Below the pieces are notes generated by a model. It had not been told where the DNA came from. It did no database searches and saw only the letters and a list, made by a program, of their open reading frames with translations. The translations under genes and the position numbers were made by a program. From a virus: a DNA stretch of 64,000 nt. The stretch lies in the IMG/VR virus record IMGVR_UViG_3300025362_000004, positions 1-64,000 of that record; one strand, given 5' to 3'. Positions 36,576 through 46,342 of the stretch are shown in pieces. Every line of letters starts with the position of its first letter. Positions within the stretch are counted from its first letter, which is position 1.

Positions 36576-36742
36576 TTAAGGCTTATAGAATCTAAAATAG
36601 ATAGGCTTGTTTGGAAGAAAAGGAAACTTTGAAAACTCCTTTTCTTCCTTTATAAAATGATAGAGGTTGTCTGCAGTAGACAACCTTATTCGTTTGACTT
36701 AAAATAATATATATGGTATAATATATGTAAGAGGTGAGATGT

Positions 36743-37225
36743 ATGAAAAAGAAATTATATTTTGATATGGACGGTATTTTAGCCGATTTTGACAATGAGC
36801 CAAACGCTTTAACACGTTTTAAAAAAGAAAAAGGCTTTTTCGCAACACTACAACCAATAGAAGAAAATATTAAGGCTGTAAAAAAACTTATCGCAGAGGG
36901 TAAAAAAGTTTATATATTAAGTGTAAGTCCTAACAGACAAGCCGACACTGACAAAAAATCTTGGCTTAAGAAATATCTACCAGAAGTAAAAGAAAAGAAT
37001 ATATATATTATAAGGACAGGAACGCCAAAGAATAAAGCCGTAAAAGTAAAGAGAGCAATATTGTTTGACGATTACCGATTAAATGTTAGAAAATGGATTG
37101 ACGCTGGTGGCTACCTTGCTATAAAAATAACACAAAGAACAGATAAAAAACTCAAAGCCGAATATCAAGCAAGAACTTTAGAACAAAGTATTTCAAGATT
37201 AAAAATGTTTGGGGTGATACAATGA
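36743..37225 (+). CDS. HAD-family 5'(3')-deoxyribonucleotidase (NT5C-like; cassette 7)
   Basis: YFDMDGILADF, ILS, K..WL and ILFDD motifs. Confidence 0.8.
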   Translation: MKKKLYFDMDGILADFDNEPNALTRFKKEKGFFATLQPIEENIKAVKKLIAEGKKVYILSVSPNRQADTDKKSWLKKYLPEVKEKNIYIIRTGTPKNKAVKVKRAILFDDYRLNVRKWIDAGGYLAIKITQRTDKKLKAEYQARTLEQSISRLKMFGVIQ

Positions 37226-37380
37226 AAACTATTTATATTGTGTCATGGGAAAGAAAACATGATATATTAAATGACGAAGAAATGGAAAAAATATTAAATG
37301 GTGGAGTAATAATAAAAGACGGTATAAGATATGTTTCTTTGTGGGGTTATATTGATATAAATATAGAGATTGAAAAATAA
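37222..37380 (+). CDS. small hypothetical protein (second gene of cassette 7)
   Basis: ATGA overlap with the upstream gene; 52 aa; terminator overlaps the stop. Confidence 0.55.
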   Translation: MKTIYIVSWERKHDILNDEEMEKILNGGVIIKDGIRYVSLWGYIDINIEIEK

Positions 37381-37520
37381 TCTCTTTTTCTTTCTTTTGA
37401 GTAGGTTGTCTGCGGTAGACAACCTAATTTATTTGACATTGTTTTCTTTCTATGGTATAATATATACATAAGATAAAGAAAGATATTACTAAACTTTATC
37501 AAAAAAAGGGGTAACATATT

Positions 37521-37781
37521 ATGGCTAAAGTAACAAAAAAAGTAACAGAGTTGAGCGATAAAGCGAAAGAAATTTTAGTGGTTTTGCAAGGTGCTGACAA
37601 GGGTTTGACACTACAAGAAATCACAAGCAAGGGCGTTGTAAAGCCTAATGGCTCACACTTAAAAGCACTTGAAAACAGAAATCTTGTTACAAGCGTTGAT
37701 GTTGAAATTATCGTGCCAACTACAAGAACAGTAAAATCTTATTCTGTTGTTGTGGCTGAAGAAGAAACACCAGCCGAGTAA
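37521..37781 (+). CDS. small winged-helix-like protein (cassette 8); paralog of 45970 and 57205
   Basis: LSDKAKEILVVL..GLTLQEI...HLKALENRNLV...YSV. Confidence 0.65.
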   Translation: MAKVTKKVTELSDKAKEILVVLQGADKGLTLQEITSKGVVKPNGSHLKALENRNLVTSVDVEIIVPTTRTVKSYSVVVAEEETPAE

Positions 37782-37900
37782 AAAACTAAAGCGAGAAATC
37801 GCTTTTTTTTCTATTCGCAAGTGGTTGTCTGCGGTAGACAACCTAAATGACTTGACTTATTTTAGTATCTATGGTATAATATATATAAGAGGTGATAAAT

Positions 37901-38224
37901 ATGTTATTTAATAATGAGTATTATAATATTCTAAAAAGAGAAGAAAGAGAAATGAAACAAGAGGCTTTAATCGAAAGGTCAAAAGAATTTACTAAAATGG
38001 TTTTAAAAACCGAAGAAGCAATATTACATTTTAACTTTAGTAAAAAATTAAAAACTAAAATTAGTATAATAACTTATGTGTGGTTAGGTCTTGCTACTTT
38101 TAGAAAAGAGTTTAAAGAATATTTTTATAGAGAGTACAAAGAAATGGAAATTGATATAGTTAGTATAGAATATGACAAATCTGAATTCTGTCACGATTTC
38201 ATTCTCAAATTGAAAAAGAGATAA
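37901..38224 (+). CDS. hypothetical protein (cassette 9)
   Basis: Own promoter, RBS and terminator. Confidence 0.6.
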   Translation: MLFNNEYYNILKREEREMKQEALIERSKEFTKMVLKTEEAILHFNFSKKLKTKISIITYVWLGLATFRKEFKEYFYREYKEMEIDIVSIEYDKSEFCHDFILKLKKR

Positions 38225-38324
38225 TCTCTCTTTTTTTATTGTAGTTAGGTTGTCTGCGGTAGACAACCTAAGTGACTTGACTTATTTTAGTATCTATGGT
38301 ATAATATATATAAGAGGTGAGAAT

Positions 38325-38786
38325 ATGAAAAACTTAATCAAAGTATTAAATGAAATTACAAACGAAAAAATTATTGTTTCGGCTCGTGGTGGTAGCCCCA
38401 TCATAAACACAAATCAGCGTAGCGTTATAAAGCAAAGAATAGAAAAAGCATTTTTAACAGACTTGCAAGAAATTTTTGCTGAAACCGATTTAGTCCATAT
38501 TATTGGTAGGGCTGAAAAAGGTATAATGTTAGCCATAGAGCATAATGATTTAGTAGATAATGCAAAAACTGAAGGCGAAATTGCTTTAGAATTTAATATC
38601 AAAGTAAGCAATTTAGATTTTGACACAGACACAGAAATTAGACTACACACAAAAGAACAAGCTAACAAAGAAATAGAAAAACAAGAAAAAGCACTTGCAA
38701 AGAAAAGAAAAATTGCAAGAGATAAAAAAGATAGAGCAGATAGAAAAAAAATAAAAGAACAAAAATTAGCCAAGTTAAACGGCTAG
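38325..38786 (+). CDS. hypothetical protein with basic coiled-coil tail (cassette 10); paralog of 45012 and 56521
   Basis: Shares GI...I.H/N and LE...K...L.FD motifs and a K/R-rich C-terminus. Confidence 0.7.
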   Translation: MKNLIKVLNEITNEKIIVSARGGSPIINTNQRSVIKQRIEKAFLTDLQEIFAETDLVHIIGRAEKGIMLAIEHNDLVDNAKTEGEIALEFNIKVSNLDFDTDTEIRLHTKEQANKEIEKQEKALAKKRKIARDKKDRADRKKIKEQKLAKLNG

Positions 38787-38884
38787 TTTTTCTTTGACTT
38801 TCTAGAGGTTGTCTGCAGTAGACAACCTTCAATTTTTGACATTCTACTTAGTTTATGGTATAATATATATAAGAGGTGATAGAT

Positions 38885-39379
38885 ATGAAATTTAATGATG
38901 TAGTTGTAAAAATGGGCGAGTTAGTAAGTGGTTTTTTATCTGCTGTAAGTCCTGCGATATCTGTATCATTTGACAATTTTTCAAGTTTTGACCCTGAAGA
39001 AAATGTTATATATATAGGTCTATTGCCTATGACTGAAGAAAATCCCTATGACGATTTTCATAAAGGCTATTACAGAGCAAGTGGCTTTGATTATGAAAGT
39101 TATGGTATATCATTTGAAACTTTTACAATATTGCACGAGTTAGGACATATGGAAAGCAACCCAACAGAAAAAGAATACCAAGAATATTATAGATTAACAA
39201 ATATAATAAATAATTCAAATATGGAATTATCTACAAAAGCAAATAAATACTTTGCATTAGATTTAGAATATAAAGCAAATCAATGGGCTTTCAACTTCTT
39301 AAAAGATAATTTAGATATTGTTAGAGTGTTTGATAAAGCATTCAACCTCCTAAAAAGCGAATTACTCAATTGCGAGTAA
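38885..39379 (+). CDS. HExxH zinc metallopeptidase-like protein (ImmA/IrrE-like; cassette 11)
   Basis: TILHELGH...LEYKANQWA. Confidence 0.7.
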   Translation: MKFNDVVVKMGELVSGFLSAVSPAISVSFDNFSSFDPEENVIYIGLLPMTEENPYDDFHKGYYRASGFDYESYGISFETFTILHELGHMESNPTEKEYQEYYRLTNIINNSNMELSTKANKYFALDLEYKANQWAFNFLKDNLDIVRVFDKAFNLLKSELLNCE

Positions 39380-39478
39380 TTTCTTTTTCTTCTGGGTTGG
39401 TTGTCTACGGCAGACAACCGCATTCGTTTGACTTAAGGCATTATATATGGTATAATATTTATATAAGAGGTGATAAAT

Positions 39479-40180
39479 ATGTTTTGTTCAAATACAACTA
39501 CAAGCGATTATATATTTTTAATAGTAACTCACGAGTGCGATAGGAATTGTGCTTTCTGCGTAGATAAGGACAGAGGAAAACAAGAATATATTACAATGGA
39601 AAATGCGGCGAAAGCAGTCCAATATTGTTTAGATAATGATATTAAAACGATTACTATATTAGGTGGCGAACCCACACTACACCCATTTATTGCATCAATA
39701 TGTTCTATGATAAGATATTATGGTATAAATATTGTAATGACTACAAATTACAGTAAACCTTCAGTTGTTGCTTACCTAGATAAATTTGTAAGTAGTTTTA
39801 ATATATCTTATTATGACCAAAAACACTTACCAAAGCAAAAAGATTTTAATGCCGACCTTACATTATCAAAGTTATTGTTTAAAGGTGGTATCGACACAAG
39901 AGAAAAACTAGACAACTTTATTGATAAACATCAAAATGATTTCAATGACTTAAAGTTCTCTACACTAACAGATATAAATAAGTTTACCCACGACCACAAA
40001 GACTTACTATTCTTAGACCAACTACCAATAGATAAAAAGGTAACTATTATGGGCGAAATTCAAGGTCATTATTATAGAGGTTATTTAATTAAGAGATTTG
40101 ATTTGAAAGCGACTGAAAATTATTATTGTCAAAGGTCAATGAAAATGCATACCAACGGGGAATTAAAAAGAGAGTGGTAA
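39479..40180 (+). CDS. radical SAM protein (cassette 12)
   Basis: CDRNCAFC (CxxxCxxC), GGEPTLHP, TTN. Confidence 0.85.
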   Translation: MFCSNTTTSDYIFLIVTHECDRNCAFCVDKDRGKQEYITMENAAKAVQYCLDNDIKTITILGGEPTLHPFIASICSMIRYYGINIVMTTNYSKPSVVAYLDKFVSSFNISYYDQKHLPKQKDFNADLTLSKLLFKGGIDTREKLDNFIDKHQNDFNDLKFSTLTDINKFTHDHKDLLFLDQLPIDKKVTIMGEIQGHYYRGYLIKRFDLKATENYYCQRSMKMHTNGELKREW

Positions 40181-40289
40181 CACTCTTTTATTTTAAATTG
40201 AGAAGGTTGTCTACGGCAGACAACCGCATTTGTTTGACTTAATAATAAATATATGGTATAATTAAGTAAAGAAAAAGGGGTATTAAGAA

Positions 40290-40853
40290 ATGGAATATTA
40301 CGGTAGAAATGATTTAAAGAGGGCTATCAAGAGATTTGAGAATGTCAAAAAGATAGCATTAAAATTAAAAGAGTTAGACATTCGTATAGGTCAACCGTTT
40401 AGGGTTAAACAGTTAGGCAATACGATTACTCATTCTGGGACTTTGTTTATGCAACTTGTAAACTCTGGAGTTCTAAAGGTTGTTGAAGTAAGGAAAGAGG
40501 TTTGCCCTTATATCAATAGAGGCGTTGAAACTGTTACAAGTTATAAGCGCATAACAGATGGCTGTATCATTAGCGCTGAAATGTATCACGATATGAATTG
40601 GCGCGGTAGAGATAAATATATTGGATGCCAAAAATCTTTTAAACCTGCTATGAGTAAATACAATGTATATGCAATTCAAGAGAATTGGCGTGGCATTCTT
40701 GTTAAAGAAATCAAAGAATTACAAGGTGCAGTTACGAACATTATTGCAAGAGAAACCAAATGGTTCGTAAACTCAGTTCAAGAATTAACTACTTTCTTTA
40801 AAAACGACGAATGGTCATTAAGAAGAGAAATAAGAAGAATTGAAAACTGCTAA
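40290..40853 (+). CDS. hypothetical protein (cassette 13); distant paralog of 42241
   Basis: G..FR.K..G...L...G...VVE.R is shared with cassette 16. Confidence 0.65.
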   Translation: MEYYGRNDLKRAIKRFENVKKIALKLKELDIRIGQPFRVKQLGNTITHSGTLFMQLVNSGVLKVVEVRKEVCPYINRGVETVTSYKRITDGCIISAEMYHDMNWRGRDKYIGCQKSFKPAMSKYNVYAIQENWRGILVKEIKELQGAVTNIIARETKWFVNSVQELTTFFKNDEWSLRREIRRIENC

Positions 40854-40951
40854 AAGACCGCAAGGTCTTTTTTCCCGTGTAAGGTAGGTTGTCTGCCGTA
40901 GACAACCTAAAATATTTGACAAACTTAACTCTATATGGTATAATATATGTA

Positions 40952-41275
40952 TAAGGTTGAGATAGAAACTCGTAAAAACGAAACATTGTTTAAACTCAAT
41001 TTGTAGTAGGAACCTTATAAAATGTGCTTATGTTAGCGAACCAGCGACTAACTAAAATTGCAAGTGTGAATGTGGAACTTGCAGGTATCCATTGCCTACA
41101 GCTATGGCGTAATTAGAAATTTTAACGACAAAAAAACCGTATACCTTGTTTGTGGTGCTTGTAACGATAACGAAAGTAACCGCCAAAGTCCTGTGGTAAA
41201 GGCAAAATAGGTTGAGAAATGTGGACTTTCTCATTAAATAAAGACTAATGCATAACTATTAGCCTATTTTTTTTA
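40952..41275 (+). ncRNA. candidate ncRNA of about 320 nt (cassette 14, no plus-strand ORF)
   Basis: TTGACA-N17-TATAAT promoter, multiple hairpins, terminal hairpin plus T run, no RBS-led ORF. Confidence 0.5.
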
Positions 41276-41371
41276 CGCAAGGAGTGGTTGTCTGCCACAG
41301 ACAACCGAATAATTTGACAATGTAAGCGTTTTATGATATAATATAGGTAGTTAAGAAAGGACTTGACAAAA

Positions 41372-42130
41372 ATGAGCGAAAAAGAAAAAATCTTAATTTT
41401 AGATACAGAGGTCAACGGGAAATTTGTTTATGATATTGGTTTTATTATCGCTGAGGAAAGCGAAAAGGGTTTTTATCACGCCGTAGAAAAGCATCAATTT
41501 TTAGTAGAACAGATATATTATAATCATAGATTATTTACTACTGATTATTACGCAAAGAAACGGAAAACTTATACAAAACTAATGAAAGGTAGAAATGCAA
41601 TATCTAAAAAGTTTGGTTATATAACACAAATAATCGCACACACCATCAAAAAACATGATATTAAAAAAGTTTATGCTTATAATAGTAATTATGATAAAAC
41701 AAGGTTTGCATTTACAAGTAATGATTTCAAAGTTATAAATCCGTTTGATAAAATAGAATGGCACGATATAATGGCTATCTCTAATCACTTTATACATTTA
41801 AGTGAAAAATATATCAATTTCGCTATTGAGAATGAGTATATCAATTCAAGTGGTTTTATTGAAACAACAGCCGAAACAACTTATCAATTTGTAGATAGCA
41901 ATATTGATTTTAAAGAGGAACACACCTCACTTGCTGACTGTGAAATAGAAATGGAAATATTAAACTATTGCATAGCAAAGGGATACAATAAAGAACAAGT
42001 TTACAAAACAAAAAATATCCCAAGTGATAAATTGCAAGTATTAACAGTAATTCACGAAAGCACCGAACATAAATTTGGTTATGTAAAAAGAAAAAATAGT
42101 TATTTAAAAAATCAAATTACTCTCACATAG
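41372..42130 (+). CDS. DEDDh 3'-5' exonuclease (cassette 15)
   Basis: ILDTEV, AYNSNYD and EEHTSLAD motifs. Confidence 0.8.
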   Translation: MSEKEKILILDTEVNGKFVYDIGFIIAEESEKGFYHAVEKHQFLVEQIYYNHRLFTTDYYAKKRKTYTKLMKGRNAISKKFGYITQIIAHTIKKHDIKKVYAYNSNYDKTRFAFTSNDFKVINPFDKIEWHDIMAISNHFIHLSEKYINFAIENEYINSSGFIETTAETTYQFVDSNIDFKEEHTSLADCEIEMEILNYCIAKGYNKEQVYKTKNIPSDKLQVLTVIHESTEHKFGYVKRKNSYLKNQITLT

Positions 42131-42240
42131 AGAGTTTTTTGCTTTTAATTTAATTAGGTTGTCTGCGGTAGACAACCGCATAAGTTTGACAAGTTTCTTT
42201 GTATATGGTATAATATAAGTATAGAAAAGGGGTAATAAAT

Positions 42241-42669
42241 ATGTTAAATGTAAATGTAGTAGACACTTACAGCGCGAGGGCGCTTGTCCGTGATTTTAGA
42301 ACTATCTATAGCAAGGTAGGGACATCAATTTTTAGGTCTAAAGAGGTTGGCGAACATTATCGCGCTGAATTAGAAAAGTTAAAAAGATACGGTCTTTGTA
42401 GAGTTGTAGAAACAAGACATCAACAAGTAGTAGATACAAGCCGTTGTTACAGAAACGATATGACTTTGGTAAATACAAGAAACCAAGATACAGTCGATGA
42501 AATTGAAAACGCCGTAGAGGGCGAAACTTACAAAGCCGTAAAAGGTAGAGTAATTAAAGGCGAGTTTTATACATACCAATTAACTTGTAATAGTATTAGT
42601 GACTTAATTGATGAAATCGAAAACCAATTATTCAAAGCCGGAAAAGATTTAAGAATGCATTTTTGTTAA
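42241..42669 (+). CDS. hypothetical protein (cassette 16)
   Basis: Own promoter, RBS and terminator; similar to 40290. Confidence 0.65.
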   Translation: MLNVNVVDTYSARALVRDFRTIYSKVGTSIFRSKEVGEHYRAELEKLKRYGLCRVVETRHQQVVDTSRCYRNDMTLVNTRNQDTVDEIENAVEGETYKAVKGRVIKGEFYTYQLTCNSISDLIDEIENQLFKAGKDLRMHFC

Positions 42670-42794
42670 AAGACCGAAAGGTCTTTTTTTGTTTTTGAGG
42701 TGGTTGTCTGCCGTAGACAACCTATTCAGAAGAAAATAAATTGACAAATGTTCGGCGATATGGTATAATCAGTATATAGAAAAGGGGTATTATT

Positions 42795-43085
42795 ATGAAA
42801 AAAATAAAAAAAGCATTAGACTTAATAGAAAATGAATTCTCAAAAATAATTGCAAAAATTACGGAAGATCTTGGGGTTGTAGTTTACTATTATGGCAAAT
42901 TAGAATTTCATCATGGGGTAGAATTTATCCAAAAAATTGAGTTTACAAGAAGTGACGAAGAATTCCTTTTTTACTTGACAGCAAATATAAAAGATATGAA
43001 ATTTAAAGCCGATATAAATAATATATTTCATCATAATTCATTTGAATTTGAAACTGTAAAGAGAATTGTAAAAGACTTTAACTAG
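42795..43085 (+). CDS. hypothetical protein (cassette 17)
   Basis: Own promoter, RBS and terminator. Confidence 0.65.
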   Translation: MKKIKKALDLIENEFSKIIAKITEDLGVVVYYYGKLEFHHGVEFIQKIEFTRSDEEFLFYLTANIKDMKFKADINNIFHHNSFEFETVKRIVKDFN

Positions 43086-43188
43086 TCTTTTTTAAAAATT
43101 AAAGTGGTTGTCTGCCGTAGACAACCGCATTTGTTTGACTTAAAACGTTATGTATGATATAATATAAGTATAGAAAAGGGGTATCAAA

Positions 43189-43578
43189 ATGAAAAAAATG
43201 TTATTATTATTAGTAGTATTAGTTATTGGGTTCGGTTTTGTAGGTTGCGACCAAGCGAGTGTGGCCGCCGATAATATCAGCACAGGTGCAGACAATTTTG
43301 AAGTTCTTAGAAAAGTAGTTTTCTATAATGGGATTACAGACGAGTATATGTATGCAATTGAAGGCTATTGTTCTATCAAGCAAGACAACATTGATAATCA
43401 ATTAGAAGTAACTTGTAAAACGGGCGAAGACGCCTATGTAAAACACTATTTATATTTGAGTGATAATATCACATACATGGTTATTCAGTTAGAGACTGTC
43501 AATGTAGACACCTATCATTATAGGTTTATTTTAAGACCGAATGTTTTAATTCCTGATATTGAAGTCGATTTACCGTAG
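43189..43578 (+). CDS. phage lipoprotein (cassette 18)
   Basis: Signal peptide with lipobox FVGC, followed by ADNFEV.R.VVFYNGITD. Confidence 0.75.
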   Translation: MKKMLLLLVVLVIGFGFVGCDQASVAADNISTGADNFEVLRKVVFYNGITDEYMYAIEGYCSIKQDNIDNQLEVTCKTGEDAYVKHYLYLSDNITYMVIQLETVNVDTYHYRFILRPNVLIPDIEVDLP

Positions 43579-43696
43579 TTAAATTAAGACCTTCGGGTCT
43601 TTTTTTTGTGAGTTGAATGGTTGTCTGCCGTAGACAACCGCATTTATTTGACTTAAAGCGTTGTGTATGGTATAATATATGTATGAGGTGATAGGT

Positions 43697-44110
43697 GTGG
43701 AAAAGTTAATATTTGAAGATAAAATGAGTGGTATTAGAGTTAATTTAAGTAAAGAATTAAGAGAAGAAATGAACGAGATAACAATGGGCTTAGATTATAT
43801 GACACCGAAAGACGTCCCTGATTTTGTTTTGTACGGTATTTGGTGGAGTTTTAAAGGTATGTTTTTAGAGATACTTTTTGAGAAAGACAGTACTAACGTA
43901 AAACTTAGAAAATCTGGTAAAACTGAAGAAATTTTAGTTAGTGAGTATTATTCTAAAAGTCTCTTTGACAGTTTAGTTGGTATGCTAGATAACGACGACC
44001 AAATAAAAGTTTGGCTATATACAAATCGCAAAGACATTTGGGAACAATTAGTTGATAAATTCGGTAGCGAAAAAAATGTGTTTGACGAATATATTAGATT
44101 TAACCATTAG
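43697..44110 (+). CDS. hypothetical protein (cassette 19)
   Basis: GAGGTG RBS, GTG start, terminator overlapping the stop. Confidence 0.6.
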   Translation: MEKLIFEDKMSGIRVNLSKELREEMNEITMGLDYMTPKDVPDFVLYGIWWSFKGMFLEILFEKDSTNVKLRKSGKTEEILVSEYYSKSLFDSLVGMLDNDDQIKVWLYTNRKDIWEQLVDKFGSEKNVFDEYIRFNH

Positions 44111-44222
44111 GTTAAATCTTTTTTATTTTAAGGTGGTTGTCTGCCGTAGACAACCTAAAATAATTGACAATTTAAAATATATATGATATAATATGTATAT
44201 AGAATTAAAAAGGAGAAATAAT

Positions 44223-44615
44223 ATGAAAAAGATTTATGCGTTCGGTTTCACCTACGATGATTTTGCGGACGGTGGTTTTAGTCCTAATTTTATTAGTTTT
44301 AGTAAAGAAGAATGTTTTAATAAATTAAAAAAAGAAAATAATGACTATGCAGTTGTGTCCTATGATTTTGAAAAAGATTTTGATTATGACGAAATTGAAA
44401 TAATTGCTATTGTTAGAGATGGCCAATTTACTATTTTAACAGATTTAGAAGAATTAAAAGAAAAAGCATTTCAGTTGGGTAAAAATTTAATATCAACTAT
44501 GAACATTATTAACGAACCAAATGAAGAACAATATACTTTCATAGATAATGAGTTTAAAAAAATGGGTTTACCAAATTTTGCTTCATTCCAAGTTTTTGAA
44601 AGGCTTTTTACATAA
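44223..44615 (+). CDS. hypothetical protein (cassette 20)
   Basis: Own promoter, AAGGAG RBS and terminator. Confidence 0.65.
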   Translation: MKKIYAFGFTYDDFADGGFSPNFISFSKEECFNKLKKENNDYAVVSYDFEKDFDYDEIEIIAIVRDGQFTILTDLEELKEKAFQLGKNLISTMNIINEPNEEQYTFIDNEFKKMGLPNFASFQVFERLFT

Positions 44616-45011
44616 GCCTTTTTTTTATAAATTGTATGGTTGTCTGCCGTAGACAACCAATTAGTTGAATGTTTAGGTTGTCTGCCAAAAATGAACGAAT
44701 AAAGGAATGAGTTTACTTTTCGTTCACTGTTCAGGAGAAAAATAAATATACGCCGACCGTTATTTACCATACCAAGAAAACCCCATTCATTATTCACTAT
44801 TCATTATACGCAAGAACACCGTGCCGTTCATTATTCATTATTAACACGCAAGAAGCAGCAGGCCTATGTTCATTATTCATTATTAAACACGCAAGAGTGA
44901 ACTAAAAATTATTTTATTTTTTATTTCTAAATACACTTGACAAAGTTGCCGAAATATGGTATAATATATATAAGAGATAAGGAAAATATTTTATCTCAAA
45001 AAGGGGTAATA

Positions 45012-45410
45012 ATGAAAAATTTAGAAAAGTTGTTTAATGAATTAAGAGTAAGTGAAATTCAAGTTTCCAAGCGTAAAGGTGCAAAAGTAATCAGTCAGAA
45101 ACAGTTGTCCACTATTAAACAGTCAATCATGAACGCAATATTGAATGATATCAAAGAGGTATTAAGTGAATCTGAGTTCGTGGGTATTAACGAAAACGGC
45201 ATTGTAATTGAAATAATGAACGACCAAGTTGACTCATTATCATTTGAAATGAATCCTAAAATTAAAGGTTTAGAGTTCGACGCTTACTATTCAGTATTGG
45301 ACTTCAATATGGAACAAGAAGCCAAACGTGAACGTGCGGCTCAACGAAAGAAAGATGCCAAAGCGAAATTCACTAATGCGCAAGCACAAAGGAAAACTAC
45401 TGCAAAGTAG
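45012..45410 (+). CDS. hypothetical protein, paralog of 38325 and 56521
   Basis: Consensus promoter at 44937-44965; shared motifs. Confidence 0.7.
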   Translation: MKNLEKLFNELRVSEIQVSKRKGAKVISQKQLSTIKQSIMNAILNDIKEVLSESEFVGINENGIVIEIMNDQVDSLSFEMNPKIKGLEFDAYYSVLDFNMEQEAKRERAAQRKKDAKAKFTNAQAQRKTTAK

Positions 45411-45969
45411 TTTTTTTTTGCAACATTATGAGTCAATAATGAATGTTCATTTTTATTATTATATGATTAATAATGAATAAAAATCACCTATTTTAGCCCA
45501 TTTTAGTGCATTTTATGCGTATTTTACGCCATTTTACATCATTTTAGTACAAAAATGAACAATAATCGTTCATTATTAATGATTATTGTTATTAAATAAA
45601 CGTGAATATAATGTGGTAATGTTTACTTAGTTTTATCCTCGTTGCCAAAACGTGACAACGTGAGACTATCGATACTCGATGGATCAGGTGTACCGTACGA
45701 ACCGCCGCATAGTCTACATATATTCACGCAAGAACACGCAAGGTTTTTGGAATTGTAGATTTGACTTTTTATGTAGTCTGTGATATACTTATAGTATAAA
45801 GAGTAAGAGATAAAGTGAGAAAAGGTTCTATCTAACTTGGTAACTACCATAAAGTAATGGAAATATAAACTTGACTTTATATCTAATCTATGATATACTA
45901 TATATGTAATAGAGTAGAGATACTTTATATACACTTGGTAGGCAAACCCTACCCGAAAGGAGAATTACA

Positions 45970-46215
45970 ATGGCTAAAGGTAAATTGACTGAAGGAACTG
46001 CGAACGCGTTAGAGGCATTAAAGGGCTTAGGCGGAAAAGCAACTTTCGCAGATGTTAAAGCAACTGGTGCTAAAGTAGGTACTTCTAACTTCACTGCATT
46101 GGTAAATGCTGGGTTAGTAACTGCTGAAAAAGTAACCAAAGTTAAGACTGTTGAGTACGAAGTTAACGAGTACACAGTAGTTGAAGTTGAAGCAACTGAA
46201 GAAGTTGCTGAGTAA
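45970..46215 (+). CDS. small winged-helix-like protein, paralog of 37521 and 57205
   Basis: LTEGTANALEALKGLGGKATFADV...FTALVNAGLV; tandem promoters upstream. Confidence 0.7.
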   Translation: MAKGKLTEGTANALEALKGLGGKATFADVKATGAKVGTSNFTALVNAGLVTAEKVTKVKTVEYEVNEYTVVEVEATEEVAE

Positions 46216-46265
46216 TACCCCACCTGAATAAATAGAGTTGGGGAGTGCCGAACTCCCCGTTACAT

Positions 46266-46342
46266 GCTCCCATAGACAAAACGGTAAAGTCACTAGGCTT
46301 TCAACCTAGAATTTGCGGGTTCAAACCCCGTTGGGAACACCA
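46266..46342 (+). tRNA. tRNA-Glu(TTC)
   Basis: Anticodon arm CTAGG-CTTTCAA-CCTAG, T-loop GGTTCAAACC, encoded CCA. Confidence 0.85.

Larger units (their letters stand above)
34353..44658 (+). repeat. array of 21 palindromic sites GGTTGTCT-N5-AGACAACC delimiting 20 promoter-gene-terminator cassettes
   Basis: Sites start at 34353, 34808, 35194, 35400, 35829, 36239, 36665, 37404, 37823, 38248, 38807, 39399, 40205, 40887, 41286, 42157, 42702, 43106, 43619, 44135 and 44638. Degenerate or half sites lie at about 34174 and 44676. Confidence 0.95.

Noticed and set aside
36236-40907. GTAG-type REP elements (GTAG abuts the hairpin at three sites)
   Set aside because: GTAG is not conserved 5' of most copies, and no RAYT/HUH transposase is visible in the window.
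34353-44658. CRISPR array interpretation of the palindromic repeats
   Set aside because: Intervals are about 185-850 bp, highly variable and contain whole genes; no cas genes are in the window.
46266-46342. UGA-suppressor tRNA (TTCAA seen in the anticodon loop)
   Set aside because: The 5-bp stem frames the loop as CT-TTC-AA, giving Glu(TTC); TCA is off-centre.
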